The notes under the pieces are model-generated. The model was given only the letters and a program-made list of their open reading frames with translations. It was not told where the DNA came from and ran no database searches. DNA of 64,000 bases from Candidatus Dormibacteraceae bacterium (GTDB lineage: Bacteria > Chloroflexota > Dormibacteria > Dormibacterales > Dormibacteraceae). The stretch spans positions 7,646 through 71,645 of the forward strand of contig JBOHUQ010000126.1 in assembly GCA_050734495.1 (NCBI GenBank), in the 5' to 3' direction. The position numbers and the translations under genes are program-made. Shown here piece after piece: positions 19,391-27,886 of this stretch (positions are counted from its first letter, which is position 1; each line of letters opens with the position of its first letter).

Positions 19391-20436
19391 GACGCGGAGG
19401 CGATGATCCCCCCGCCGAGGACGCGGCTGCCCGAGTACAGCACGGCGGACTGACCGGGCGCGGCGCCGAGGAACGGTTCGTCGAGCGAAAGCCGTCCCGC
19501 TGCATACTCGCCCGGGATCGCAGGCGCGTGGTAGCGAAGCCGCGCCTCGCACCGCACGGTGTCAGACTCCTGCCCGCCGATGAAGCTGACATCCCGAAGC
19601 TCGACCCTGCGTACGCCGAGCTCTTCCTTGCGGCCGACGAACAGCCGGTTGGTGGGCGCGTCGACCCGCAGCACGTACCAGGGGCCGGCCTCGGAAAGGT
19701 CGCCGAAACCGTTCCGCTGGCCGACCGTGTACAGGGGGGTGCCGCGGTGCGTGCCGAGCTCGCGTCCCTTCGAGTCGACCACGGCGCCGGGGCGCACCGG
19801 CAGGCGGTCCGCCAGGTAGCGCGCGGTCTCGCCGCGCGGCACGAAGCAGATCTCCTGGCTCTCCGCCTTGTTGGCGACCGGAAGCCCGAACTCGCGGGCG
19901 TGCTCGCGCACCTCGGGCTTGGTCATTGCCCCGAGAGGAAACACGAGTTTCGCCAGGCGGTCGCGATCGAGGTGATAGAGCATGTAGGACTGGTCCTTGG
20001 CCGCGTCCACGGCGGTATGCAGCTCAGGACCTCGAGACCCGTTCACGATGCGTGCGTAATGCCCGGTCGCGAGGCGGTCGAAGCCGAGCTCGAGCACGCG
20101 CCCGAGCATGAGGTCGAATCGCACGAACGCGTTGCAGCGGACGCACGGATTCGGCGTGCGGCCCTCGAGGTAGTCGCGCCGAAACGGCTCGATGACACGC
20201 TCGCCGAACTCCTTCTCCAGGTTCCAGCAGTAATAAGGAATGTCGAGCAGCGAGGCGACGCGCCGTGCGTCCTCCACGGCATTCAGCGAGCAGCACCCGC
20301 CATGTTTCGCGGACTCCGTGTCACCGCGCGGCCACTGCTGCAGCGTGACGCCAACCACGTCATGACCGTGGGCTTGGAGCAACGCCGCGGCGACAGAGGA
20401 GTCCACTCCACCGGACATCGCCACAGCGATTTTCAT
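19387..20436 (-). CDS. mnmA: tRNA 2-thiouridine(34) synthase MnmA
   Basis: PP-loop [10 protein letters not shown], catalytic Cys regions (NPCVRCN, EICF) and length 349 aa. Confidence 0.95.
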   Translation of the reverse strand: MKIAVAMSGGVDSSVAAALLQAHGHDVVGVTLQQWPRGDTESAKHGGCCSLNAVEDARRVASLLDIPYYCWNLEKEFGERVIEPFRRDYLEGRTPNPCVRCNAFVRFDLMLGRVLELGFDRLATGHYARIVNGSRGPELHTAVDAAKDQSYMLYHLDRDRLAKLVFPLGAMTKPEVREHAREFGLPVANKAESQEICFVPRGETARYLADRLPVRPGAVVDSKGRELGTHRGTPLYTVGQRNGFGDLSEAGPWYVLRVDAPTNRLFVGRKEELGVRRVELRDVSFIGGQESDTVRCEARLRYHAPAIPGEYAAGRLSLDEPFLGAAPGQSAVLYSGSRVLGGGIIASAS

Positions 20437-20455
20437 TGGCTAAGCCTACCGCCGC

Positions 20456-21673
20456 CTAGGAACGGGCCTGGACGATCCGCCGCGCGACGACCCCGGCGTC
20501 CTCGCCCACGCCATACAGGATTGACGACTTGTTCTTGCGCATCCAGTGCACGCCCATGAAGTACAGGCGTGGCACGATCGTGCATCCGTCCACCTGCACC
20601 GGAAAACCCATGGTGTCGAAAACCGGGAACTTCACCCATCCGTAGTCCGGCCGGTATCCGCTGGTCCAGATCACACTTCCGATTCCATCGCGGGCGATGT
20701 CGAGCTCTGTGCGCGTCTTGATGCGAAGTGGGGGCGGCATGTCGACCGTGGGCGGAGTGATCCCCTTCGGGGGGCAGCCGGCCCTGATGAACGACAAGAG
20801 GTCGAGCAGTCGCGCATCACCGAAATCCACGCTCGCGGCAAGGTCGTCAGCGAATTGAAGTTTCGAGCCGTCGGCACCGGCGTAACGGCCAAGCAGTTCG
20901 ACACCGAGGTCGCGAAGGACACGGTAGTTGAGGTCGTGTCCCCTGTCGTGCCCGGTGATTTGGGGGTTGCCGAGGAGCCTCGCCACCGGCGAAGGGAGCT
21001 TGTCGGGCGTCCGGTCCAGGAAGCCTGACTCGACCATCCACCAGAAGACGTCGCGCCCATCCATCTGGCGCGGCACCCAGATGCACCTGCCGCACGCGAG
21101 GAATACCTTGCGGCCCGTCTCATGAAGCTCCTCCGCCAGCTGACACCCGGTCTGACCGCTCCCCACCACGAGCACCGCGCCCGGAGGCAAAGCAGTCGGA
21201 TTCGTGAATTCCTCGGCGAGGAGCTGAACCACGTCCGTGGGAAGTGACTCGGCACCCGCGGGCCGGTAGGGGTGTTGGTACGCGCCTGTCGCCACCACCA
21301 CGGTGCGGGCCTTGATCGTCCCCGAGGCCAGTGTCAGTAGAAATCGATCGCCGTCCGCCTCGACCTTTGTAACGGTGGTGTTACCTTCGACGGGCGCGTC
21401 AAAAGAGTCGGCCCACGACTGGAAGTAATCAACGAGCTCCGCCAGGGGCAGGAACCCATTCGGGTCAGTCCCGTCGTATTTCGCGCCGGGCAGGTGGATG
21501 AACTGGTTGGGCGTGACCAGGCAGAACGAGTCCCAGCGCCGCGAGCGCCAGGTTTCCGCGACGCGGCCCGACTCGAGTACGACGTGGTCGACGTTTGCCT
21601 GGGTGAGATACCAGCTGGTGGCGAGCCCGGCCTGCCCCCCGCCGATGACCGCGACGTCGACGCTGCGCTCCAT
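20456..21673 (-). CDS. FAD/NAD(P)-binding flavin-dependent oxidoreductase (CzcO/flavin monooxygenase-like)
   Basis: Starts at ATG 21673. VAVIGGGQAGL (first dinucleotide fold) and VVGSGQTGCQLAEEL (second fold) are present. Confidence 0.85.
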   Translation of the reverse strand: MERSVDVAVIGGGQAGLATSWYLTQANVDHVVLESGRVAETWRSRRWDSFCLVTPNQFIHLPGAKYDGTDPNGFLPLAELVDYFQSWADSFDAPVEGNTTVTKVEADGDRFLLTLASGTIKARTVVVATGAYQHPYRPAGAESLPTDVVQLLAEEFTNPTALPPGAVLVVGSGQTGCQLAEELHETGRKVFLACGRCIWVPRQMDGRDVFWWMVESGFLDRTPDKLPSPVARLLGNPQITGHDRGHDLNYRVLRDLGVELLGRYAGADGSKLQFADDLAASVDFGDARLLDLLSFIRAGCPPKGITPPTVDMPPPLRIKTRTELDIARDGIGSVIWTSGYRPDYGWVKFPVFDTMGFPVQVDGCTIVPRLYFMGVHWMRKNKSSILYGVGEDAGVVARRIVQARS

Positions 21674-21700
21674 AACGACGGCAATCTTAATCTGGAGCCT

Positions 21701-22231
21701 GTGAAGCTGAGTGACGTCCAGGCCGGCCGCATCGGCGAGTACTTGCTCGCGGTCTACGCGATGCTCACGTCTGACGGTGAGCTCGTGCCGTTTCATGTCG
21801 AGGCGGACGACGACCACCGCGACATCGTCGTAGCCGCCAAAGGCAAAAGCGCCTTTGCATCGCTGCAAGCGAAGGCGTGCTTCGCGCTGGGAGCCTCCGG
21901 GTTCGTGCAGTCGAACGCCACGTACTTCGAGAGCTCAATCCCGAAGGACCCCTCATGGATCTACGTCGTGGTGCTGGTCCTGGACCTCGCGCCGGTGGTG
22001 TGGTGGTTGGTTCCGGCGCCGGACTTCAATCGACTCGCCTCACACGCCCCGGCACGCCAGGGTCGCAAGGTCGAGCTGCACTTCCGCGCCCACCCGACTG
22101 GCACCGACGCTTTCACGCCGTTCCGCACGGAAACCAAGGAGATAGGCCGGCGCCTGTTAGAGGTGATCTCCGCTCTGCCGCCGTCAACGAAACCGCTGCC
22201 AGGGGCGCGTCTGCTGATCAGGCGGCGCTGA
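21701..22231 (+). CDS. hypothetical protein with PD-(D/E)XK-like (DUF4365-like) N-terminal region
   Basis: GRIGEYLLAVYAML...EADDDHRDIVVA...ASLQAK matches the G-x-x-GE / D / (E/Q)-x-K nuclease-fold pattern. I chose the GTG at 21701; ATG 21761 is an alternative. Confidence 0.45.
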   Translation: MKLSDVQAGRIGEYLLAVYAMLTSDGELVPFHVEADDDHRDIVVAAKGKSAFASLQAKACFALGASGFVQSNATYFESSIPKDPSWIYVVVLVLDLAPVVWWLVPAPDFNRLASHAPARQGRKVELHFRAHPTGTDAFTPFRTETKEIGRRLLEVISALPPSTKPLPGARLLIRRR

Positions 22232-22234
22232 GCC

Positions 22235-22474
22235 CTACTCGACCAGGTCTCCCTCGGCTTGCTCCACGGTCACCCCTCGCGATTCGAGGTAGGCCACGCC
22301 GCGGTCAAGCTCATCCGGTTCCCCGGTGATCTCGAGCAGCACCCAGCCCTGATCCCGGGTGACGTCGGCCCGTCGGATGTTGGTGACCAGCGCGAACTGC
22401 CTGCCAAGCTGGTAGATCACCGGCTCCTTCACCATGGCCGGCCCGAAGATCAGCTTCAACCGCCTCCGGCCCAT
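22235..22474 (-). CDS. NIL domain-containing protein
   Basis: 79 aa: EPVIYQLGRQFALVTNIRRADV...GWVLLEITGEPDELDRGVAYLESRGVTVE, the MetN C-terminal NIL/ferredoxin-fold pattern. Confidence 0.75.
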   Translation of the reverse strand: MGRRRLKLIFGPAMVKEPVIYQLGRQFALVTNIRRADVTRDQGWVLLEITGEPDELDRGVAYLESRGVTVEQAEGDLVE

Positions 22475-22494
22475 GGAGCGGAGTCTAAGCCCCG

Positions 22495-22770
22495 CTAACG
22501 ACCTCCGGCCACAGCCGGGACGATCGAGATCTCGTCCCTGGCCTTAACCTTCGCTCCCAGCCCGGCACCGAGCCGCACGTCCTCATCGTTCAAATACACG
22601 TTGACGAACTGACGGAGCTCGCCTTTTTCATCGAGCAGGCGGTCCCTGAATCCGGGATAGCGCGCGTCAAGCGCCTCGATGGCGCCCGCGAGATCGCCCG
22701 CCTCGACATCAACGGTGGTCTGCCCGTCCGCCAGACGGCGCAGCGGACCCGGGATTCGAAACTGTGCCAT
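22495..22770 (-). CDS. MoaD/ThiS family sulfur-carrier-like protein
   Basis: 91 aa beta-grasp pattern (FVNVYLNDEDVR...DEISIVPAVAGGR). A Gly-Gly is followed by one extra Arg. The ATG at 22770 shares 1 nt with the ThrC-like stop. Confidence 0.8.
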   Translation of the reverse strand: MAQFRIPGPLRRLADGQTTVDVEAGDLAGAIEALDARYPGFRDRLLDEKGELRQFVNVYLNDEDVRLGAGLGAKVKARDEISIVPAVAGGR

Positions 22771-24008
22771 CAGATGTTCACCTTCTCGCGAAACGACTTT
22801 AGCGTCGGTTCTATTTCCACGCGTCGCGAATGACCGTTCGCGGTCTCGAGCACATCGGCGGTTTTCAGGCCGTGCCCGGTCACGTAAGCGACCACCACCT
22901 CGTCCCCGTCCCACCGCCCCGCCCTGGCCAGCTTGGCGAGCACGCCGATCGTCACTCCACCGGCCGTCTCGGTGAAGATGCCCTCGGTGTGAGCCAGGAG
23001 CCGGATGCCGTTCACGATCTCCTCCTCACTCACAGCCTCGACCACACCACCCGTCTCGCGCGCGATCCGGTTCACATACATTCCGTCGGACGGGTTGCCG
23101 ATCGCGATCGACCGGGCGATCGTGTCGGGCTTGACGGGCAGCACCCGCTCGGGCGTCTGCGACTGGAATGCGTGGTAGACGGGGGCGCAGCCCAGCGCCT
23201 GGGCGCCGGTGAATTTCGGAACGCTGTCCTCGCGCACGAGGCCGTACTCGACCAGCTCCCGCGCCGCCTGGCGGTGGCGCACGAACTGGCAGCCGCTGCC
23301 GATCGGGATGATGATCTCGTCGGGCAGCTTCCAACCGAGCTGCTCGGCCGTCTCGAACGTCAGGGTCTTGGACCCTTCCGCGTAGAAGGGCCGGATGTTG
23401 ATGTTGCAGAAGGCCCAGGGAGTCGACTCGACGAGCTGGCTGCAGAGACGGTTGACCTCGTCGTAATTTCCACGCACCGCGACGACGTTGGGATCGAACA
23501 CGCTGATGCTCGCGACCTTCCCCGCCTCGAGGTCGTTGGGGATGAACACGAAGCATTCGAGCCCCGCCCGCACCGCGTAGGCGGCCACCGCGTTCGCAAG
23601 GTTGCCGGTGGACGCGCAGGCGATGGTCTCAAAGCCATGCGCCCGCGCCCAGCTGATGGCGACCGATACCACCCGGTCCTTGAACGAGTTGGTCGGGTTC
23701 ATGCTGTCGTTTTTCAGGTACAGGTTCCGCAGCCCGAGCTCGGATCCGAGCCGGTCCGCCTTGACGAGCGGCGTCATCCCCTCGCCCAGCGTGACAACCG
23801 GCACCGAGTCTTCGATCGGCAGCAGGTCGCGGTAGCGCCACATCGATTTAGGCCCTGCCTCGATCCGGTCTCGGCTGACGACCTTCTTCAGTTCGGCCTG
23901 GTCGTAGACCACGTCAAGTGGCCCAAAGCACGTCTCGCAGACGTGAGTGGCCTGCAATTCGTATTCAGTTCCGCACTCGCGGCAGCGCATCCCGAGGAGC
24001 TTGGACAC
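22770..24008 (-). CDS. threonine synthase-like PLP enzyme with N-terminal zinc ribbon
   Basis: CRECG-x12-CETC, the PLP-lysine motif NPTNSFKDRVVSV and a fold-type II layout. 412 aa. Confidence 0.88.
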   Translation of the reverse strand: MSKLLGMRCRECGTEYELQATHVCETCFGPLDVVYDQAELKKVVSRDRIEAGPKSMWRYRDLLPIEDSVPVVTLGEGMTPLVKADRLGSELGLRNLYLKNDSMNPTNSFKDRVVSVAISWARAHGFETIACASTGNLANAVAAYAVRAGLECFVFIPNDLEAGKVASISVFDPNVVAVRGNYDEVNRLCSQLVESTPWAFCNINIRPFYAEGSKTLTFETAEQLGWKLPDEIIIPIGSGCQFVRHRQAARELVEYGLVREDSVPKFTGAQALGCAPVYHAFQSQTPERVLPVKPDTIARSIAIGNPSDGMYVNRIARETGGVVEAVSEEEIVNGIRLLAHTEGIFTETAGGVTIGVLAKLARAGRWDGDEVVVAYVTGHGLKTADVLETANGHSRRVEIEPTLKSFREKVNI

Positions 24009-24037
24009 AGGCCCAGTTTAGGACGGGGGCTTTGTTG

Positions 24038-24166
24038 TTAGTCCGGTCCGCGCGACGGGGGCCCAAAGGTGACCGTCGGCGGAATGGTCACGATCTTCCC
24101 GCCGTCGCCGCGAACGATCTGCCAACCGCCCTCGTGGACCATCCAGTGATGCCGGTGAGGAACAGG
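24038..24166 (-). pseudogene. relic of an HNH endonuclease C-terminus (DUF222/13E12-type)
   Basis: The minus-strand frame reads PVPHRHHWMVHEGGWQIVRGDGGKIVTIPPTVTFGPPSRGPD*, bounded upstream by an in-frame TAG. HH-x2-VHEGGW followed by ...PP is the conserved tail of these endonucleases. There is no catalytic N-terminal part. Confidence 0.5.
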
Positions 24167-24340
24167 CTACCAAACATACGTTCGTAAGTCAAGAGATTTG
24201 ATCGTATAAATGCCTGAAGCTCGACCAATTCCTCCAGCCATCCTTTCCACCTCCAAGCCTCGCCCCGCCACCCTCTTCCCAGACACCGTCACCGCGCGTC
24301 CCGCACCTCCAGCCACCACCTCCACCCCTCGCCCGGCCAC

Positions 24341-25303
24341 ATGAAGCACCTCTCAGCAGCACTCGAGGGTCGCATCGTAGGCTCTGGGTGGATGCGGTTG
24401 GTCGCCCTCGTCCTAGCCGCCTGCCTGCTCTCCGCCTGCGCGCCGAAGCCAACAGCCCAGGCGCCCCCTACGCAAGGCCCAAGCCGCTCGCCCATCCCGG
24501 GCGCGCCGGACCCGACCCCCGACCCATCGCCCGCCGCGGCGCCTCCCCATGTTTTCCTGATCGTCATGGAGAACCGCAGCTACAGCCAGGCCATCGCGAG
24601 CACTTACGTGTCGAGCCTCGCCGCGCAGTATGCGATCGCCACCGACTATCACGGGGTCTCGCACCCGAGCCTGCCCAACTACCTCGCCCTCACCTCGGGC
24701 ACCACCTGGGGGATCGCGGACGACGGGTTCCACGCACTCCCACTCGGCGGCCTCGGCGCGCAGCTCACCAACGCCGGGATCGCATGGCGGGCCTACATGG
24801 AGAGCATGACCAACGGCTGCTTCCAAAGCCCCTACCCATACGCCCTGAAGCACAATCCCTTCGCGTACTACGGCAGCGCCTGCCCGCCGCAGGTCGTCCC
24901 GTTCACCCAGCTCGCCTCAGACCTGGCCGGCAACACGCCTCAGTTCTCGTGGATCACGCCGAACCTCTGCAACGACGGCCACGACTGCCCCAGCTCCGTC
25001 GCCGACGCGTGGCTTTCCCATATGGTGCCGGCGATTCTCAATTCCAACGCGTGGCAGGACGCCGGCATGCTCGTGATCACCTGGGACGAAGGCGAGGACA
25101 GCGCCAATTCGGTGCTGACTCTGATCATCCGCCCGAACCCGGTGATCCACGAGAGCGCCAAGCCTTACGACCACTACTCGCTGCTGGCGACGATCGAGGA
25201 CACGCTTGGAGTCGCGAGACTGGGCCAGGCGACCAAGGCTACCCCCATGACCGACCTCATCTCCATCAAAGCCGCGCCGAAGCTCCGCAGCAAGACTACC
25301 TAG
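24341..25303 (+). CDS. phosphoesterase family (acid phosphatase/phospholipase C-like) lipoprotein
   Basis: Lipobox LLSAC after a signal peptide. VFLIVMENRSY, HPSLPNYLAL and NLCNDGHD are present. Confidence 0.8.
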   Translation: MKHLSAALEGRIVGSGWMRLVALVLAACLLSACAPKPTAQAPPTQGPSRSPIPGAPDPTPDPSPAAAPPHVFLIVMENRSYSQAIASTYVSSLAAQYAIATDYHGVSHPSLPNYLALTSGTTWGIADDGFHALPLGGLGAQLTNAGIAWRAYMESMTNGCFQSPYPYALKHNPFAYYGSACPPQVVPFTQLASDLAGNTPQFSWITPNLCNDGHDCPSSVADAWLSHMVPAILNSNAWQDAGMLVITWDEGEDSANSVLTLIIRPNPVIHESAKPYDHYSLLATIEDTLGVARLGQATKATPMTDLISIKAAPKLRSKTT

Positions 25304-26403
25304 CCACCGACCGTCTGCTTCCAGTGCGTGATCGAGTCGAGAAACTCGACGTCGACCTCGACACCAAGGCCGGGTCCGGACGGCACGTCCAACCGCCCGT
25401 CGTGGAGCACGAAAGGCGCCGTGATGTCGCGATGGTAGTAGCGATCCGAAGCCGAGGTGTCGCCGGGCAAGGTGAAGTTCGGCATCGCAGCCATGGCGAC
25501 GTTGCCGGCCCGACCGATGCCTGTCTCCAGCATCCCTCCCATCCACACCGGCATCCCGCGTGAGGCGCAGAGGTCGTGAATGCGGCGGGCCTCCAGGTAT
25601 CCGCCGACACGGCCCGGCTTGATGTTGATGATCCGGCAGGCGCCGAGCTCGATGGCGTCCGCCGCGGCCTGCTCCGACGTGATCGATTCGTCCAGGCAGA
25701 TTGGCGTGCGCACCGACTTTGCGAGGGTCGCGTGGGCGAGCACCTGCTCTTCGGGGAGCGGCTGTTCGATCAGCAGCAGGTCGTACGGATCGAGCAGAGC
25801 GAGCTGCGCCGCGTCAGCCAGCGAATAGGCCGTGTTGGCGTCGACCTGCAGCGGAACCTTGCCGAATCGGTCGCGCACCGCGCGCACCGGCTCGACGTCC
25901 CAACCCGGCTTGATCTTGAGCTTGATCCGCCGATAGCCCTGCTCGAGGTAGTCGCCCACCGTCTCCAGCAGCTCCGGGATGGACCTGTGGATGCCCACCG
26001 AGACGCCTGCGTCGACGGCCGACCGCACCGCGCCGAAGTAGCCGGCGAACGATTCGCCTCGCGCGCGCAGCTGTGCGTCAAGGATCGCCATCTCGATCGC
26101 GGCCTTCGCCATGTGATGCCCGTGAACAGGCCGCAACACAGAACCTACGTCCTGGGCCTGGATGCTCGACCGCTGCAGCAAGCGCGGCAGCAGGTGGTGG
26201 ATCAGCACTTGCTGAGCGCCATCGGCGTACTCCGGCGAGTACGTCGGGTCCTCGCCCGCCACGCACTCGCCCCAACCCTCGCCGTCAGAGGTGATCGCTT
26301 TCAAAAGCAGAATGTCACGCGAGGTCTGCACGCCGAACGACGTCTCGAACGGCGCCACCAGCGACAGGTGGACGCGCCGCATCTCCACCGACTGAAGCTT
26401 CAT
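25300..26403 (-). CDS. enolase-superfamily o-succinylbenzoate synthase / N-acylamino acid racemase-like protein
   Basis: KLKIKPG (KxK) is present, with metal ligands in QVDAN, IEQP and LDES. 367 aa. Confidence 0.82.
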   Translation of the reverse strand: MKLQSVEMRRVHLSLVAPFETSFGVQTSRDILLLKAITSDGEGWGECVAGEDPTYSPEYADGAQQVLIHHLLPRLLQRSSIQAQDVGSVLRPVHGHHMAKAAIEMAILDAQLRARGESFAGYFGAVRSAVDAGVSVGIHRSIPELLETVGDYLEQGYRRIKLKIKPGWDVEPVRAVRDRFGKVPLQVDANTAYSLADAAQLALLDPYDLLLIEQPLPEEQVLAHATLAKSVRTPICLDESITSEQAAADAIELGACRIINIKPGRVGGYLEARRIHDLCASRGMPVWMGGMLETGIGRAGNVAMAAMPNFTLPGDTSASDRYYHRDITAPFVLHDGRLDVPSGPGLGVEVDVEFLDSITHWKQTVGG

Positions 26404-27299
26404 GCGCTCAAGCTGTCCAGCCGCGAGGATTCCTCATCTGACAGATCGATGCCGGCGGCCGCGACGTTTTCCTCGAGCTGGTTCACGCTCGACGCGCCCG
26501 GGATGGCCACGACGTTGGGCTTCCGGATCAGCCAGGCGAGGGATACCTGGGCCGGCGTCGCGCTGTGACGAGCCCCGATCTCGCGCAGCACCGCGATCAG
26601 GGGTGCGAGGCGCGTTCGGTTGGCGGCGCTGAAGCTGCTCCGTCTACGCCTCACCATGTTGGTCGGCGGGGAGTCCTGGTACCTGCCGGAGAGCAACCCC
26701 TGCCCGAGCGGGCTGTAGGCGATGATCACCCGTCCATTCTGCTGAGCCCACGGCACAAGCTCGCTCTCCGGGCGGCGATCGACCAGGTTGAACCGGACCT
26801 GGTTGGAGAGCACGGGCCCGCCGAACGCTCGCTCCGCCTCCTGCCACTGCGCGAGGCTGTGATTGCTGACGCCGGCGTGGGCCACCAGACCCTGTTCGAC
26901 CAGGCGCCGCATGCGCGGCATTGTGGCGCCCGGTGGAAACAACGGGCTGGGCCAGTGCAGCTGATAGAGGTGGATCCGATCGACGCCTAGCCGTCGCGCG
27001 CTGCCGCGCGCTCGTCGCGGCGTCATGAACGGCAGGCCGATTGGAAAGATCTTGGTCGCGAGGAACACCTTGTCGCGGAGGTCGCGGATCGCCTCACCCA
27101 CGATGCGCTCGGAGCGCCCGAACCCGTAGAACTCGGCGGTGTCCACCAGGTTCACGCCCAGCTCCAGGGCACGGCGCACGATGTTGCCGGCCTCGACGCG
27201 GTTGTACTCGGCCCCGTAACCCCACTCCAACGAACCGAACTGCCACGTGCCCAGCCCGATCGCGGACACCCGAGCGCCACCCGCATCGATGTATCTCAT
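26400..27299 (-). CDS. aldo/keto reductase
   Basis: Starts at ATG 27299 (ATGA overlap with the Nudix stop). GLGTWQFG, DTAEFYG and HWP are present. Confidence 0.88.
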   Translation of the reverse strand: MRYIDAGGARVSAIGLGTWQFGSLEWGYGAEYNRVEAGNIVRRALELGVNLVDTAEFYGFGRSERIVGEAIRDLRDKVFLATKIFPIGLPFMTPRRARGSARRLGVDRIHLYQLHWPSPLFPPGATMPRMRRLVEQGLVAHAGVSNHSLAQWQEAERAFGGPVLSNQVRFNLVDRRPESELVPWAQQNGRVIIAYSPLGQGLLSGRYQDSPPTNMVRRRRSSFSAANRTRLAPLIAVLREIGARHSATPAQVSLAWLIRKPNVVAIPGASSVNQLEENVAAAGIDLSDEESSRLDSLSA

Positions 27300-27886
27300 G
27301 AGGTCAGCCTGTCGAACACCATTTGGGACCACGACTCCATCTCGAGGTAGTGCATGCGCATCTCGTCCGGTGTCAGCAGCTCGCCGGCCAGCTTGGTGGT
27401 CTCGCGGATCGCGATGTTGGGCGAGTCCCCATCGACCAGGAAGACCACGCCCAGGTGCACCTTCGACACCGGCGCCGACTCGTCGTTGAGGAGGCCGATG
27501 AGCTGGGCCTCGAAGCGGCCGTCGTACACCACCTCCTCCGCCCATTCCCGCTTGAGGCCGTCCAGGATGGGGTCGCCCGCCTCGAGGTCTCCCGGGTTGA
27601 TGTGGCCGCCGATGCCGAGCGAGTACTGCTTGCGCAGGCGCTTCTCGGATGAAGCGCGGAGCCGGTGCGTGAGGAAGTATCGCCCCGAGTGCCGGAACAC
27701 GACGTACGGGATGATCTGCTGAAAGCTCGGATCGTCCTCGACCTCGACTCGCGGCTTGAAAAAGTGATGTTCGCGAATCACTTTCTGGTGCCGCTCCAGG
27801 TCTTCGCTCACGAATCCGTGCCACGCGCCGTCTGGAAAGATGTCCTCGCGCCTAACGCACAAAACCTGTTCCGAAGGCACGGTCAC
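27296..27886 (-). CDS. NUDIX hydrolase-like protein
   Basis: Nudix-box-like GGHINPGDLEAGDPILDGLKREWAEEV. The GTG start overlaps the B3/4 gene stop (GTGA). Confidence 0.7.
   Translation of the reverse strand: MTVPSEQVLCVRREDIFPDGAWHGFVSEDLERHQKVIREHHFFKPRVEVEDDPSFQQIIPYVVFRHSGRYFLTHRLRASSEKRLRKQYSLGIGGHINPGDLEAGDPILDGLKREWAEEVVYDGRFEAQLIGLLNDESAPVSKVHLGVVFLVDGDSPNIAIRETTKLAGELLTPDEMRMHYLEMESWSQMVFDRLTS

Noticed and set aside
24009-24166. SAM or other riboswitch leader upstream of the ThrC-like gene, with a TTGACT / TAGCCT promoter.
   Set aside because: I could not match the sequence to the SAM-I/II/IV consensus. Most of it is better explained as the protein-coding remnant of an HNH endonuclease. 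The promoter guess is weak.
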